A stretch of DNA of 42,070 nucleotides. Source: a virus. Taxonomy: Duplodnaviria; Caudoviricetes. Below, in pieces: positions 18,140 through 28,272 of the stretch. The position numbers and the translations under genes are program-made. The notes beneath the pieces were generated by a model. It worked only from the letters and a program-made list of their open reading frames with translations, made no database searches and was not told the origin of the DNA. The stretch's first letter is position 1. Each line of letters opens with the position of its first letter. The DNA lies in IMG/VR virus record IMGVR_UViG_3300033067_001197, positions 1-42,070 of that record. One strand, 5' to 3'.

Positions 18140-20467
18140 TTAAACCTCCGTTGCTGTGTAGTGGGGCTCGAATTCAACCACGAATCCATAGTATTCCGTA
18201 TACTTTCCAGCTTCGCCAGAGAGAGTAAGGATGACCCGATAGACATCTTTATCAATCGTAAAGACACTAATAGTATACGTGCCCGGATCTGCGAAATCGA
18301 TTCGCGGGGGGTCCTCAGCGGTGGGTTGTGTGGCGGCACCGCTATTATCGCAAGATATGGTAACAACAGGATCACTAAAGGTTCCCCCAATGGGATAGGT
18401 GAAGGTGAAAACCCTCGTGGCTTTTGTGTCCCTCGTGGGGCGATTGAAGGTATTAACGTGATTCCCTGGGGGGATTCGAATCGGCATCGTTATTAACGAA
18501 TACGTGATGTTCGAGGATGATCCTGTGGCAAGGAGATCCGTTGGGGCATAGAACGTATTCTCTTGTAGCTGCGCAACGATGGAATTCGAGAGATTCGTAT
18601 TACCTATGAAAACCCCCGTTAAAACGGGATTATACGATTCAAAGGCCCCAAACGCACAGGGCAACCCCCCGATGGACCATTTTGAAATCCAAACAGGGCG
18701 GCGTTTCTCGCGCGAAATCCCCACGTCGTAAACGTAGATATCCGTGGAGGTGGGGGAAGGGACGCCAGTACACGCGAGGTAGAGGAATTCTTTGGTGGCG
18801 TTTTTGTAGAAATAAAGGGATAAATCCGAGGATTGGGAAAATCCAGAGTTAAACGCGATTGCGTCAGAGATTCGAGTGAGGGTGGACCCGTTATCCGTGA
18901 TGGTATAGATGGCCCCAGAGGTGGCGATGAAAGCGATTTGACCGTTACTGCTTTGTGCGGCGGCATTAAGGTTTGTTAATTTGGCCCCGATGTCAAACGC
19001 CTTCGTTACGTAAAACGAATCCTTGGTGAACCCGAACATTCGGTAGATGTTTTTTGTGGTGAAAATCCAAAGAGATTCATTATCGCTCGTAAGCGCGGTG
19101 ATAACATCATTGAACGCGATGTAATTGGCCCCCGTTGATGACAAATCTGTGGCGAAAGATTCTTCTGGAATTCCGCACCGAGTCTCTTCGCTTGAGGAAT
19201 AGTAGAGATAGTTTCCTACGGAGAAGAAAATCCTTCGCACATGAGTTGTCATCGCATAAGATTGCGGTGATGGGTCATCTACACCAATGACTTGCGGTGG
19301 AACTACTGTGGGTGGAGGGGAATTTGAGGTAAGGGTGGCCGCAAAGGTTGAAGTATCCAGTTTGTCATTTGGAACTGGATCATTATATGTAGTTGATGTA
19401 CCTCCGGTGCCAAAGGAATCGTCGTAGTAAGTGAATGGACCCGCACCGGGATTAGCGATTTCCTCCAGGAGATAAAACGATTGGCCCCCATCCGTGGATC
19501 GATATACTTGAATCGTCGGAATATTCGTGGTGTCCGCGTCCCCTTGAAGAATAACTTTAGGAACCTGATCGATAATAGGCCCCGAAGTAGAGGGCATCAA
19601 ATCAGGATTCCTTTGAATATCCGCTCGGTTTGAAATGGCCCCCGTTATGGATTTAAACGCATAGGAATAAGACCATCCAATTTTCACATCAACAATATGA
19701 TCTGATGTGCCCCAATCGTAGTAAAAAACCGCCTCTAACGCCTGATGAACCGCCGCAGTTGTCCCACTATACGCCCTCGTAACCGTAAACGTTGTGGCCC
19801 CCTTTGCGGTCACATTCATCCTTTCGGAACCCACCCAGATTGGAAATGGAGCCGCAGGGAAAGCAGTCGTGGAGGTTACATTCAATGTCGTAGCGGTAGC
19901 AGTGACATCCGCTGTTAGCTTTGTAACTTGGCCACTTAGTTGTGCGGGAGTATCGGGACCCAAAAGGCCCCAAGGTTTAATCTGAATCGTCCCTGATGTC
20001 CCATCGAGAATTACAGTTCCAAGTTTTTCCCCACTCAATGTGGAGGGGAAACTTTTCACATAAGCGAGCCCCTTTGAAAACGCTATCATGTGGGGCCGCG
20101 TTGAGGTGTTACAAGCGCGAAGTGTGGAAACCGCATTCCACGCCACACCCCCCGCGCTAATCCAGTAGAGAAGAAAATACCCCGTGGCTTGATCTTGCGC
20201 AGAGGCGATCATATAAGAATAAACACTCGTGGATGCGGGAGAGAATGTCTCATAGACCCAGAGTTTCTTAACCTGCCCCCCTACGAAGGTATCACCGATT
20301 TTTAATGAAAACCCAAACCGGGTTCGTAGGGAGCGCTTCTCTGTGAGGGTGAAATTTGTTGAAGAAAGGAAATGCTCCGCAGAATCATCCACATAAGAGG
20401 CGTTCTCCCACATCCCGCAATCAGGGGGGATTAATTCATAACTGTCATAGCGAGATTCTTTTGCCAC
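18140..20467 (-). CDS. tail nozzle / tubular protein B-like
   Basis: 775 aa, beta-rich; NF..L.TR.G N-terminal motif, RIFF..LYYS blades; follows the adaptors. Confidence 0.7.
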   Translation of the reverse strand: MAKESRYDSYELIPPDCGMWENASYVDDSAEHFLSSTNFTLTEKRSLRTRFGFSLKIGDTFVGGQVKKLWVYETFSPASTSVYSYMIASAQDQATGYFLLYWISAGGVAWNAVSTLRACNTSTRPHMIAFSKGLAYVKSFPSTLSGEKLGTVILDGTSGTIQIKPWGLLGPDTPAQLSGQVTKLTADVTATATTLNVTSTTAFPAAPFPIWVGSERMNVTAKGATTFTVTRAYSGTTAAVHQALEAVFYYDWGTSDHIVDVKIGWSYSYAFKSITGAISNRADIQRNPDLMPSTSGPIIDQVPKVILQGDADTTNIPTIQVYRSTDGGQSFYLLEEIANPGAGPFTYYDDSFGTGGTSTTYNDPVPNDKLDTSTFAATLTSNSPPPTVVPPQVIGVDDPSPQSYAMTTHVRRIFFSVGNYLYYSSSEETRCGIPEESFATDLSSTGANYIAFNDVITALTSDNESLWIFTTKNIYRMFGFTKDSFYVTKAFDIGAKLTNLNAAAQSSNGQIAFIATSGAIYTITDNGSTLTRISDAIAFNSGFSQSSDLSLYFYKNATKEFLYLACTGVPSPTSTDIYVYDVGISREKRRPVWISKWSIGGLPCAFGAFESYNPVLTGVFIGNTNLSNSIVAQLQENTFYAPTDLLATGSSSNITYSLITMPIRIPPGNHVNTFNRPTRDTKATRVFTFTYPIGGTFSDPVVTISCDNSGAATQPTAEDPPRIDFADPGTYTISVFTIDKDVYRVILTLSGEAGKYTEYYGFVVEFEPHYTATEV

Positions 20468-20476
20468 TTCGTTTCC

Positions 20477-22450
20477 TTAAGTCCAGTAACTATATGGAGT
20501 GAAGAAAGAGGGCTTTCTCGTATCCGTCGCTGGAGGAGTTGTCCCCGTTGAGGGGGTAAATGGGGCGGGAGTAGTAGTCGTACTAGGAGTACTACCGAGC
20601 CCCGCAGTACCGTCCCCACCGCCGTAAATCGAGGGAACACTATTTAATGAGTTCGCTTGCGTGGTGGTATTTTTCGCCATATCCGCTTGTTGCTGATTTG
20701 CGTTTAGCGTATCAGATGCAGAAGGTGTCCAGCGCTCCATAGAGAGTGAGGGACCTCCCGCACCACCAGGGGATACGGATTGACTATAGAGAGAACCGCT
20801 TCCTGTTCCGGTTGATGGGGGACCACCTTCGCCACCAGGGAATTTATAGGAATCCAAAAGTTTAAAGATGGGGTTCCCTTCGGAGTTCAAGATTGAGGTG
20901 AAAATGTTACCATAGGGGGCTAGATTTGAGTTCGCCCCAATCATCCGCTGATATTGAGGATTATTGAGCGTTTCAAGGATCTTGTTTGCATCAAACCTTG
21001 TATCTGGTGCCCCCTTCAAGCGGAGCCCATAAGTTGACGGAAGAGGACCCGTTCCATCCCGATCCTCAAGGAGGTATTGGAAGAACGCGGGGGCCGCATT
21101 TTGGGGCTGATAAAAGTCAAGGGATTTCCCTTGGTAAAACTGGCTATTATCCAGCGTGCGCTGATTTCCCCCAAGGATGTCTTGGATCGAAGGGAGGAAG
21201 TTTTTCCCTAAAGCGTTATTCACCGTATTGAAATAATTCGTAACCTTTGTGGGATCTCCGATGTCACGAGATAGTTTGTAATCAGGTCCGTATTGAGAAC
21301 CTAATTGCCCACTTACTCCCCCAATCAATGAACTCACATAATTATACACATCTTGACGCTGAAGAAGTGGGAAGAGTTGATTTATCGATTCTTGGGGCGC
21401 AAGAGAAACCCTATCCCCATTCTGTCCCCCCATAAGGAGGTTTCCAAAGCGGCCTAGGGAACTCAAATCCCCAATGTATTTATTTGCATACTTGGGATCA
21501 TTGAGGGTGCCCACGAGGGTTTTTAAGTCATCAACTTCGCTCCCTGGTAAGGCGTCAAAGAAATTCGCATCAGGAGTTAAAGCGTAGTTCGAGGGCGCGA
21601 GTCCTGCGGTACCATCTGGATCAAGCCATTGCCATTTAAACCCTTGCGGCGCGGCACTACCGGGGATAAAAGGAAGCCCATCACGTGAAGTTACATTCGC
21701 GAAATTTGCGGGGTTAAACGTGGGATTCGCGGCTTGATTCATCTGCAATTCAGCCATCCCAGGAAGATTCATCGCTCTCCGCATTTCATCCGTAATCGAA
21801 GGGGCGTATTGGTATTGATTCTGAGAGCGAACGTATGCGTCAATGGCGTCAAGATATCTTTGACGATTCGCATCTAAAGCCGGTAACTGGGGCGTAGTTG
21901 GCGTAGAAGGTGTAACTGGAGGAGTTGTCGGAGTAGTGGGCGAACCCGAGGGTGTGGTGGGTGTTGAAGGGGACCCACTTGGGGGTGGTGTTCCGGGAGT
22001 TTGAGTTTGATTAGGCCCGCCTGAGGGGTTGTTGTGGTAATTGATTTGTGAAACCGAAAGGGGGCTTCCCATAACTCCAATTCCATACTTTTCCGCCGCG
22101 TTTGCCACATCCGCAGAGGGAATCTGGAAATGCCCATAAGTGCCATTCTTGACCCCGTAAACGATATCATATCCCGCACGAGGAGTCCATTGAGAACCCG
22201 TGGGGAGAAACATCGCGCCGGGGTTAGTATTAATCGAAGTATTCGGGGTGTAGGTTACGGAATTATTCGCAAGCCCAGTGGGGATTTGAGAGAAGAGATC
22301 CGAGAGAGGGGAAACCGTTCCTTGGGGAAGAAAAGGACCTGTGGTGGGGCCACCAAAAGGCGAAGAGGTACTAGGAGTACTAGAACCCTGCTCAGAGCCG
22401 CCAAAACCAAAGAGTGACAGGAGTGGATCGTAATTTCCCGTGGTTGCCAT
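20477..22450 (-). CDS. P/T/S/G-rich putative virion protein with an internal repeat
   Basis: Low-complexity linkers; duplicated DxDGT-containing unit. Confidence 0.55.
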   Translation of the reverse strand: MATTGNYDPLLSLFGFGGSEQGSSTPSTSSPFGGPTTGPFLPQGTVSPLSDLFSQIPTGLANNSVTYTPNTSINTNPGAMFLPTGSQWTPRAGYDIVYGVKNGTYGHFQIPSADVANAAEKYGIGVMGSPLSVSQINYHNNPSGGPNQTQTPGTPPPSGSPSTPTTPSGSPTTPTTPPVTPSTPTTPQLPALDANRQRYLDAIDAYVRSQNQYQYAPSITDEMRRAMNLPGMAELQMNQAANPTFNPANFANVTSRDGLPFIPGSAAPQGFKWQWLDPDGTAGLAPSNYALTPDANFFDALPGSEVDDLKTLVGTLNDPKYANKYIGDLSSLGRFGNLLMGGQNGDRVSLAPQESINQLFPLLQRQDVYNYVSSLIGGVSGQLGSQYGPDYKLSRDIGDPTKVTNYFNTVNNALGKNFLPSIQDILGGNQRTLDNSQFYQGKSLDFYQPQNAAPAFFQYLLEDRDGTGPLPSTYGLRLKGAPDTRFDANKILETLNNPQYQRMIGANSNLAPYGNIFTSILNSEGNPIFKLLDSYKFPGGEGGPPSTGTGSGSLYSQSVSPGGAGGPSLSMERWTPSASDTLNANQQQADMAKNTTTQANSLNSVPSIYGGGDGTAGLGSTPSTTTTPAPFTPSTGTTPPATDTRKPSFFTPYSYWT

Positions 22451-22545
22451 TTATTTTACAAAAATCCCTTCTTTACTATTATCTCATCCCCTTTAGTGGA
22501 AAAATAATCCCCGGAGGAACCTTCCACCTCAAGGGCACTTTGTAC

Positions 22546-23262
22546 TTAGGGGAAATATAATCCCCAATCGCCGCCCGAGCGACCAAGAAGGGATTCACTG
22601 GGGGCGATTTGGGGGTCACCTTGGTCGATTCCTTCATTCTTTGCTTCCTCCATTATCGAATTCACTGCGATCTGGTATTGGACTTTCGCTTTCTCATAAT
22701 CTCCAACTGTGGCGAGATAAATGTAACGAAGCGCGTCCACCCACATTTGAATCTGAGTATCGTAGTCTCCGTTATCACTGGAGGGAATCTCTAAAGACTG
22801 ATAGTTCTCACGGGTGATTAATGGGGGAAAGGTTTTGTAGGTGGCCTTTATCATGTAATCTGGGGCGCAATAGCTTCCGCCTGGACGGGGCCATAGTCGT
22901 AACACACGAGAGGAACTGTTGAATGAAATCTGTTGGGGGTAACCAAGGAGATTCGTTGGGTCAAGTTCTCTTCGGGGATCTAATTTATTAACAATGGGAA
23001 CCCCATTTTCGTTCCAACTCACACACTGGGCGCGAAGGATTTTTTCAAGATCATCAGGAACCACCACAATGGGCCTCCCGTAATCTTGTTCATATGGGAT
23101 TAACCAAAAGGGGCTTAAATGCGCCATCGTAAAGCGCCAATCGAATTTTTTCCAAATGAGATTCTGGGTTGCGTTGAGAACATAGAGCCCCCTTGAGTCC
23201 TCAATTGTTCTCGCGGTACCGATATTTGCGATTTGGTAAAGTTCAGCGAAAGTGTAAGCCAT
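22546..23262 (-). CDS. head-tail adaptor (tubular protein A-like), paralogue 2
   Basis: LN..W.F..P.D..LRLWPRP..YK pattern. Confidence 0.7.
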   Translation of the reverse strand: MAYTFAELYQIANIGTARTIEDSRGLYVLNATQNLIWKKFDWRFTMAHLSPFWLIPYEQDYGRPIVVVPDDLEKILRAQCVSWNENGVPIVNKLDPRRELDPTNLLGYPQQISFNSSSRVLRLWPRPGGSYCAPDYMIKATYKTFPPLITRENYQSLEIPSSDNGDYDTQIQMWVDALRYIYLATVGDYEKAKVQYQIAVNSIMEEAKNEGIDQGDPQIAPSESLLGRSGGDWGLYFP

Positions 23263-23268
23263 CTTACA

Positions 23269-23961
23269 TTACCTCGTTTCACCACTAGCCTCTGCGTAAA
23301 CATCCCACTCATATGGGAAGGTTTCGCAAGCGGTCATTTCTTTAACTAGATATTCATAATTCGCAAGTTCCCCACCCATCTTCACATTCCTTTTATCATC
23401 CGTTGTGATATCAAACCCTCTAGCGTCATCTGCGTATTTGTAGGCATTTATCAGCACCGCACTCTTATAGACGTGAAACCACCGATCATCCATCACAAGA
23501 CATGCGGTCCCAGAGTTTGAGGAGGTAATCTTGGGGGGAGATTTTTTGTAAAACGTAATCACATACTGTGCGTTTGTGGGGAGAGTTGCGGGGGGTTGGG
23601 GGTAAACTCGTAGATACGACTCCCCAGGAATCGCTGCGACGCTGATTAATTGCCCCACCCTCTGTGGATCTTCTGGGAGTTCGGGGTCGATGTAAAGGGG
23701 TTTGTAAATCTTGTCACTATCGTACAGGATTGCCTTATACAACGTGGAGAAGTCATTTGGATAACTCACTCCGTAGGTAACCGTCGAAGGTTGAACCGTC
23801 GTAGTGGAGAGGTAACCCACAGTCCAAGACCAAGCCCTTGCGTTCCACAAGCGAGAACATGCCTCATCAAGAATTTGATACTTTACATCTTGGAGGCGCA
23901 TCCCTTTAATCATGGTCTTTGCGTAATCGAATGCTTCGTCTGGAGTGTAGGTTACGGCCAT
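23269..23961 (-). CDS. head-tail adaptor (tubular protein A-like), paralogue 1
   Basis: W.W..P.DF..LRVYPQP..YKK pattern. Confidence 0.7.
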   Translation of the reverse strand: MAVTYTPDEAFDYAKTMIKGMRLQDVKYQILDEACSRLWNARAWSWTVGYLSTTTVQPSTVTYGVSYPNDFSTLYKAILYDSDKIYKPLYIDPELPEDPQRVGQLISVAAIPGESYLRVYPQPPATLPTNAQYVITFYKKSPPKITSSNSGTACLVMDDRWFHVYKSAVLINAYKYADDARGFDITTDDKRNVKMGGELANYEYLVKEMTACETFPYEWDVYAEASGETR

Positions 23962-23978
23962 TTTATTTACCTTTTATC

Positions 23979-24386
23979 TTAGTAGTTCTTAGGGCCACCA
24001 AAGAAATCGCTATCACTTCGTAGGTGTTGAGGGATCTTATCGATAGAATCATATTCTTTGAGGCAAATTTGACAAAATGCGAGAAACCCCCGGATGTGTT
24101 GTCCATCCTCAGTCTTCCGCGATCCTAGCCACTGCCCACGGATAAAAGAAACATCCTTGGCACAATGGGGGCAATGATCCTGTTTCCAGGCTTTCTCTTC
24201 CGCCGCTTGCTTCGCTACTTCTACTTCTCGGAGGATTTGGGCTTTGCGGCGCTTTTGTGCGGCCTCAAAATCCGCTTCTGCCTTTTCGGCTTCCGCCTCC
24301 TCCTTAAGTAAACGCCGCAATTGGGCCGCTTTTAACTGCGCCTCAATGTCATTCGGATTAACCTGCTGATTATTCGTATTCGCCAT
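23979..24386 (-). CDS. coiled-coil + zinc-finger protein
   Basis: A/E/K helix followed by CPHC..CQIC. Confidence 0.7.
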   Translation of the reverse strand: MANTNNQQVNPNDIEAQLKAAQLRRLLKEEAEAEKAEADFEAAQKRRKAQILREVEVAKQAAEEKAWKQDHCPHCAKDVSFIRGQWLGSRKTEDGQHIRGFLAFCQICLKEYDSIDKIPQHLRSDSDFFGGPKNY

Positions 24387-24401
24387 CTTCTTCACTTTCG
24401 T

Positions 24402-25070
24402 TTAAAATTTATACCCCGTATCACTGCGATGGAGGGAACCCCATGACGCGCGCGAGGATTTTCCAAAAACCTTCTCCACCTCCTCAGGCGTTGCAAGCCC
24501 GAGTTTAACAATTCTCATCAACACAGTTCGGTATCCCCGTGAGGTGGGATCATAAGGGTTTTCCCCGATAGTTTTATAACGATACTTCCACCCTGGGAGG
24601 AGCGACCCATCTTTCGCCACGTGTTCTTTAGCCACAGGGTCCCACTTCATTTCGGGCATATCGATTGGCTTTAAAACATTTAACGAAAAGTCCCTCACCT
24701 TTTCTTTCTCTACTGTAATAGTAGAGTATTCAGGAAGGAGGGTCTTTCCATAAGCAGACACACTAATGAGGCCCTTTTGAGGGGAATTGAAACACAAACC
24801 TTTGAAGAGGGGGTTGATATCCCGAAAAACGTAACTCGCGCCCATGGGGAGTTTCCGAATGAGGCGCTCGAATTTTTCAAAAGGAATCGGCTTCCCCTTT
24901 TGGGCTTCACTTACGTTTACGGGGTTATCCGCATCAGCAATGATTAAGCCCTGTTCCTCTTGGGTGATCCAATCTTGAACCTTCTGCTTTTGTGCATCAC
25001 ATTCCGCGAAGAATTTGAGAGTTTTCGCCTTTTCTTCGTCTATAATCCCAACGTGTTTGCGGCCTGCCAT
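24402..25070 (-). CDS. hypothetical protein
   Basis: AAGGA SD; abuts the upstream gene. Confidence 0.75.
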   Translation of the reverse strand: MAGRKHVGIIDEEKAKTLKFFAECDAQKQKVQDWITQEEQGLIIADADNPVNVSEAQKGKPIPFEKFERLIRKLPMGASYVFRDINPLFKGLCFNSPQKGLISVSAYGKTLLPEYSTITVEKEKVRDFSLNVLKPIDMPEMKWDPVAKEHVAKDGSLLPGWKYRYKTIGENPYDPTSRGYRTVLMRIVKLGLATPEEVEKVFGKSSRASWGSLHRSDTGYKF

Positions 25071-25271
25071 TTACTTAATAAATTCCTTCCACAATGTAAA
25101 GAGAGTCAAAAGGACGCTATACGCCCCAATGCCCCCCATCAAGTACTTCTCAACATTCCTTAACCGATTTTCATGATCCTTTAACATCTCTTGTTGCCCA
25201 TCAACAACGGACTCCAATTTTTCGATCAATCTATCAAACTCTTCTCTTATCACCGTTGTTAGATTTTCCAT
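25071..25271 (-). CDS. XhlA-like small membrane protein (possible holin)
   Basis: Coiled coil DHENRLRNVEK then one C-terminal TM segment. Confidence 0.55.
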   Translation of the reverse strand: MENLTTVIREEFDRLIEKLESVVDGQQEMLKDHENRLRNVEKYLMGGIGAYSVLLTLFTLWKEFIK

Positions 25272-25284
25272 TTCTCTAATCTCT

Positions 25285-25689
25285 TTAGTTAACATCTGGT
25301 GGATCACTCCCCACACTTGGCGCGGTTGCGGTAATCGAGGGAGGAGTGAAGGTGTCCGTGGTTACGGTAAAAGTTGCGCTTGGCGTGGAGGTCATCAATT
25401 TTTTGTTAACATCACAAAGCCAAGCGACATAAACTGTGTTCGGGGGCACAATATCAGAAGTATAGAATACCTTCGTAGTGTTATCTGCCTTCCCTTGGCG
25501 AATTCGGATCATGTAAAACGGGGGGAGTTTCTCCGGTGAGGTGAGGTCCCCAGGTGTTACGCTAGGCCAGTTCTCCTCATCCCTCACTGGAGGGACAACG
25601 CCGATAAGGAGCCATCCGTCGAAATTATCCCCATTACTCCAGGTAAAGAGATCGGATTGTGAAACGGTGGATTTCCTAGGGGCGCTCAT
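25285..25689 (-). CDS. hypothetical beta-rich (possibly virion) protein
   Basis: NG..FDG.L..PPNT.Y pattern; T/P-rich tail. Confidence 0.65.
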   Translation of the reverse strand: MSAPRKSTVSQSDLFTWSNGDNFDGWLLIGVVPPVRDEENWPSVTPGDLTSPEKLPPFYMIRIRQGKADNTTKVFYTSDIVPPNTVYVAWLCDVNKKLMTSTPSATFTVTTDTFTPPSITATAPSVGSDPPDVN

Positions 25690-25695
25690 TTTCGC

Positions 25696-25884
25696 TTACT
25701 CCTTCCCCCGTAAAGCGTTCATGCGTTCTCGTGTGTAAATTTTCGCTCTTTGTTTTTCCTCATACGATAAATCCGCAAGTGAGGGGGAAATGAGGTGCGC
25801 CTCTGAGGGGAGATTGTTATAAATCCGTTGGAGATCCTTTAGGTCCTCTGAGTTATCGATAATTTGGAACAAACTTGCGAACAT
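25696..25884 (-). CDS. hypothetical protein
   Basis: GGGAG SD. Confidence 0.65.
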   Translation of the reverse strand: MFASLFQIIDNSEDLKDLQRIYNNLPSEAHLISPSLADLSYEEKQRAKIYTRERMNALRGKE

Positions 25885-25898
25885 AAATCTCCCTACTA

Positions 25899-26612
25899 CT
25901 ATTTTACACCAATCGGGATGGTGGAAATTAGCTTGCCGTCTTCGGCTTGGGCGGGTTTAAAATTTGAACGATCTGGCTGATAGTCATCAATGGAGAGTAG
26001 TTGCTGAACCAGATGATGAGTTTGTACCTTGGGGGCCACATAAACCGGGATGTTTAATTTTTTACATCGCAGACAAAACGAATAATCCTCACTTAGCCCC
26101 CCAATAGTATCGAAAGGAGCCTCCTTGAGTTCATCTGCGATTCGATCAAAAACAACACGATCTATTAATAATCCTCCCCCACCCACTGCGCCCACAGGAA
26201 AAGCGTCCACATCTCTAGGAAAATCATGAATAGGTAAGAGATGATCGTGTTCGTCCCATAGTCCCATAACAGGTCCGAAGGGGGCATTCTTATATTGGTA
26301 TATGCAGGAAATAACTTGTGCCCCAATCTTCTCCTTTATATTCATCAACCTAACAAGGGTGTCAGGTGCGAAGGCATGGTCACAATCGCTCATAAAAATA
26401 AAGTCGCCTTTCATGTTCTGTGCGAGAGTATTGCGCCCCAAAATATGCCAGGAACATTGAGCCTTATCCAAATGAATGTATTCCCCCGGTTTACATTTTT
26501 GTATATGGGTATAGTAAACCATGTCCAAGTACGAATCGCTCCACTTACTGTAGGTTACATCAGCCCACATACGAGCGATTGTACCAATAGGTTTTAAAAC
26601 TTCAAGTGACAT
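25899..26612 (-). CDS. glycosyltransferase, GT-A fold (GT2-like)
   Basis: RN.LA, FIFMSDCD (DxD), GGGGLLI.R.VF, SEDYSFC, C-terminal His. Confidence 0.88.
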   Translation of the reverse strand: MSLEVLKPIGTIARMWADVTYSKWSDSYLDMVYYTHIQKCKPGEYIHLDKAQCSWHILGRNTLAQNMKGDFIFMSDCDHAFAPDTLVRLMNIKEKIGAQVISCIYQYKNAPFGPVMGLWDEHDHLLPIHDFPRDVDAFPVGAVGGGGLLIDRVVFDRIADELKEAPFDTIGGLSEDYSFCLRCKKLNIPVYVAPKVQTHHLVQQLLSIDDYQPDRSNFKPAQAEDGKLISTIPIGVK

Positions 26613-27676
26613 TACTTTAACCACCCTTCATACTGCGCCACAACTCGGTCCCAGTCAAAGGTATCTCGGGCATCCTGCATCATTTCGTTTCTCCATTCCA
26701 CTTGAGGATTTTTAATAAGATCACAAACTTTCTGACACATCAATGAGCGGGTGAGGGGGTCATTTTGAGGAATAGTTGGATAGCCAAAGCCGTGGAATAC
26801 GTTTTGCTCTAGCGCCCAGTAGCGCGTGAAAACCGGAATGCATCCCATCGCCTGAGCTTCCATAGAAACACAGCACGAGGTTTCTGGCCAATCTGTTGGA
26901 TACCACCAGATGTTAGAGGACAGATATTCCCTAAACAATTGATCCTGCCCAATGCGACCTAAGAAATTAACTCCAGGCTGAGACATGAGCCGCTCGATTT
27001 CCTCTTTCATCGGAACAAACCAAGCATTTCCTCCCTGTAACTCTAAAATCTTAAGCATATTCGCAAACCCATAGGCCACCGATAGCTCTGCCTCTGGACA
27101 CTGTTCCCGAATACGAAACCAGTTTTTCAAAACTAATAAAAGCCCTCTATCTGGCGAGGAAGCGTAGATTAATTTGTTTGGATTACGAGGGATGTTTTCT
27201 TTTTCAATTCGTAGAATATCATCCACAGGAATGCCGTTTGTCGAGAGAAATGTTTTATCCTTCAACTGCGGATACATTGCCTGAGTGTACTGGACGTGAG
27301 TTTTACAGAGACAGATGTAGCGATCAATTTTCGCTAATTGTTCCTCAGTAAATGGATACGATACATCCTGGGCCACGAAAAATATCTGGCTTGATGGGTG
27401 AAATTCATTGTTCAAGAATGAGGGATCTCTAAAGACGATCCAGTTCATAGGTTCGGTTTTAGTATCCGCTAGTTTGTGATCTTGCCAAGGTACATTGTGG
27501 GGGCCAATTAAAACCCCTCCTGAGGGAACTGGGGAGTAAGAAATTACCTTATGACCCCTCTTACCAAGACGCGAAACGATTTCGATATGACTTCGCTCCG
27601 AGCCTCCTATACCTCGGTCCTTTGCGGTCCAATCCCAATTTTCTAGCGTGAAACTTGAGTATACTGCTGTTCGCAA
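26612..27676 (-). CDS. glycosyltransferase, GT-B fold (GT4-like)
   Basis: GIGGSE, YASSPDRGL, YP..ETSCCVSMEAQAMG (E-x7-E). Confidence 0.9.
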   Translation of the reverse strand: MRTAVYSSFTLENWDWTAKDRGIGGSERSHIEIVSRLGKRGHKVISYSPVPSGGVLIGPHNVPWQDHKLADTKTEPMNWIVFRDPSFLNNEFHPSSQIFFVAQDVSYPFTEEQLAKIDRYICLCKTHVQYTQAMYPQLKDKTFLSTNGIPVDDILRIEKENIPRNPNKLIYASSPDRGLLLVLKNWFRIREQCPEAELSVAYGFANMLKILELQGGNAWFVPMKEEIERLMSQPGVNFLGRIGQDQLFREYLSSNIWWYPTDWPETSCCVSMEAQAMGCIPVFTRYWALEQNVFHGFGYPTIPQNDPLTRSLMCQKVCDLIKNPQVEWRNEMMQDARDTFDWDRVVAQYEGWLK

Positions 27677-27677
27677 T

Positions 27678-28265
27678 TTATGCTCCTAAAATATCTTTAT
27701 AGTATTTGGTGCGGTGATCTAGCACCTTGTTAATCCAATTTAAAAATTCAAAATACCCCATGTCGCTCTTGGCAATATTACAGGTGCGACAACAGGGGAC
27801 ACAGTTGGACATGCTGTATCCCTCTTTGGAGTCAATCCTATCTATTCCGTTGTAGATGAAATGCCGAGAGCTATCTTGGCCTTTTTCCTTAGCTACGTTA
27901 CTAGGAGGATTTCCGCAATAATGGCAAATTTGCTGAGTTAGATCATAATAGTCATCATATGTTAGTTCAAATGGGAGATTTCTGATCTTAGCGGAATGTT
28001 TGTAGGAGTAGAAAATAGAATTAATATGAGCTTGTCTTGGGTCGGCTAATTTTGGCTTTTTATGATTCTCGTACTGAGAGCATCCACAGCTTCTATAATA
28101 TTGAATTCGTTGTGCCGTAGCTAACTTGGTTTTACCACAGTCACATAAGCATTTCCATAGATAGCCCCTGCGAGATTTGTCACCGTCTTTTACATTACTT
28201 TTTCCGATAACAACAAGTTTCCCGTATCGGTTTCCGGTAAAATCTTTAAACGTGCGTTTTGCCAC
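27678..28265 (-). CDS. HNH homing endonuclease
   Basis: D.TG.RYGKL.V..WKCLCDCG..SCGC N-domain; CHYC..GIDRID..GY..NCVPCC..CN..K. Confidence 0.9.
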   Translation of the reverse strand: MAKRTFKDFTGNRYGKLVVIGKSNVKDGDKSRRGYLWKCLCDCGKTKLATAQRIQYYRSCGCSQYENHKKPKLADPRQAHINSIFYSYKHSAKIRNLPFELTYDDYYDLTQQICHYCGNPPSNVAKEKGQDSSRHFIYNGIDRIDSKEGYSMSNCVPCCRTCNIAKSDMGYFEFLNWINKVLDHRTKYYKDILGA

Positions 28266-28272
28266 TATTACA

